Source of the DNA: Pristiophorus japonicus
Lineage: Eukaryota
Reading direction: 5' to 3'
DNA length: 64,000 bases
NCBI RefSeq assembly: GCF_044704955.1
Contig: NC_091993.1
Span: forward strand, 78,616,001 to 78,680,000
The first letter of the stretch is position 1. Each line of letters begins with the position of its first letter. The notes under the pieces were generated by a model. It saw only the letters and a program-made list of their open reading frames with translations. It ran no database searches and had not been told where the DNA came from. Below are positions 62,136-64,000 of the stretch, in pieces. The translations under genes and the position numbers were made by a program.

Positions 62136-64000
62136 TTTTCACTATTTACACAACGCACATTTAATCCACCAACAGCTGCATTCTCTGTGCAAAACCCAAC
62201 TGGCAAGTCAGGTGGGTATTTTGGCCAGTAGTGAGTAAATCCGAGCTTTAATGTGTAACTAGTAAAAGAGCACACTGCAGTACATCCAGTACCTGCATAC
62301 CGACATTCAAACCCACACAGTCTAATACTTGGCTTATCTTACTCTATACTTTCAATCGCAGTATGTTTGTACTGGGACTATGGTAAAACAAGATGGTAAG
62401 TCTTCCTATCAGAGGTGTGACAGTCTGACTCGCAGTGATGGAAAAGATTGGGGGCAAAATAATTTATTTTAAAACTATAATTATGCGACATGACGTACTT
62501 ATATATACGCAAGGGGGAGTGGGGATTGCCCCAAATGTATGTGACTGCACCAGAGGTAATTGGGAGTCGTTGCTCCTCAGCTTGTCAAGCGCGGAGCGGG
62601 TGTGTTTCCTGGTTGCCGCTGGCTTTGCTAATGGCTCTTAAAAGCCAAAGTCAGCGACTGCCATTACACCATCACACCATCACCTTCAACGGAAACCCGT
62701 TGCAATAATGAACTTTTGAGAAGTCAGTGCGGAGTTAGGTGATCGCAGCCAGTGGTGTTGGTAGGAGTAAAAAATTTGTAGTCGTGATGGGACAATGAGC
62801 CAGAGCTCCCACTCCTAATTGCAATCCAGTTGGATTTTCAACACAGGAGAATAAAATAAGACTCAGCTGTGATACCTATAATTACTTTCAATTCAAGTGA
62901 ATTATCTCCACTTGGAAAAGGTACTGAAGTGTGTTGGAGACTTTAGAGCCGTATCCCAGCCAGGAGTCAAGAGAGAGCGGGAGGTCAGATTGTGAATGAT
63001 GATGCTGCTTATGGTAACAGAAGCTTCCTTATGGGTGAGCTGAGCTGCCATTTTTTGCTGGAAAAGAGGTACCACAACATGGCACATTAACCTTGACAAT
63101 AGTGACCTGAGCCATCAGTAAACACTTTACTGCATCTGCCCATCCAATTGTGTTCTCCTTTTCTATTTTAGCCCAATTCCATTTTTAGAAACTATCTGCA
63201 GCTATCAGATAAATGGCAGACTTGGGCCATCAACTTTAATTGCCAGTGAAACTCTATCAAGGACCGACTCTGATCTGCTTCATCACTGAAATCTGATTTC
63301 ACTTTGGCAAGTCTAATGCAGGATTCTTTCTAGAGCAAAGAGTTGGAAGAACTCTTCAAGTACTAACTGCAGAACTGAATCTGCATAATAACAGAAGGGG
63401 GTTATTTTAGTGAAAGGGTGAAAACAAGCACTAAATAGGTGCTTTGCTATTAAGTCTGGTTTTAGCATGCAGTTTTGGGCCTAATTGCTGATTACCATAA
63501 TTTCACTTGCCTGGAGGCACTAAAGCAGACACCTGCAAGTTTATCACTCATGGAGCAGTCTGTGGGCTGCACAGACCCATTTCCACTGAAGATGTGGCGT
63601 GTTCTATATAACACACGCGGCACATTTCAGGCTGGTTCAGGGACCGAGGGAGAGGGTGCACAGGTTCTCTGACACAGCTCTGGAGGTCCTGGTGGAGGAG
63701 GTCCAGAGGAGGGGGGATGCCCTGTACCTGCAGGAGAGAAGGAGTCCACCTTTTCTTGTATCCCTCCTGTCCCTCTCTCCTTCAGTAGCTGGTGCTGCTC
63801 TGCCTGGTCTCATGTCCTCCGCCCAGTCCTCCTGCAGACCAAGGGGAACCCCTAGCAAGATGCCCATGACCAAACACTCCCTTTCTCTGGTGACTCACAT
63901 AATGTGTCCAATAAGAGTAGCACAGCACTTACTCTTTTTAAGTGAAGTCCTCAGAGAATTTCCAGACTATATATTGCTAGAGTGTTGGTGAAGTCTTGAC

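Overview
Vertebrate genomic DNA, most likely a shark or other cartilaginous fish (inferred from abundant CR1 LINEs, Deu-domain SacSINE1-like SINEs, Tx1 LINEs and Harbinger/hAT MITEs). Most of the window is transposable-element derived, and nearly all entries in the ORF track are TE fragments or antisense shadows. Two spliced host genes can be rebuilt with GT-AG boundaries and consistent phases. OARD1/TARG1 (+) has coding exons 19301-19345, 21227-21380, 22142-22200, 23621-23733 and 24146-24302 (175 aa) and a CpG-island promoter at ~17100-17600. APOBEC2 (-) has coding exons 59997-59879 and 41298-40764 (217 aa) and an 18.6-kb intron 1. They are convergent, as in human. NFYA, head-to-head with OARD1 in human, was not found; instead an unidentified terminal-exon-like ORF lies at 4581-4783 (+). 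I do not see a clearly new multi-gene system. The best leads are: (i) a CR1 family whose 5' end is built of tandem TATA-box monomers followed by CRE/CCAAT motifs and strong splice donors, with one full-length copy in sense inside APOBEC2 intron 1, upstream of an in-frame Met in exon 2; (ii) Tx1 LINE 3' ends inserted at GGTTGT sites of a single SINE, forming a nested stack against the OARD1 promoter; (iii) solo LTRs carrying CTCF-like motifs in convergent orientation around OARD1; (iv) a basic C-terminal extension of OARD1 with a CpG-decayed non-coding twin.
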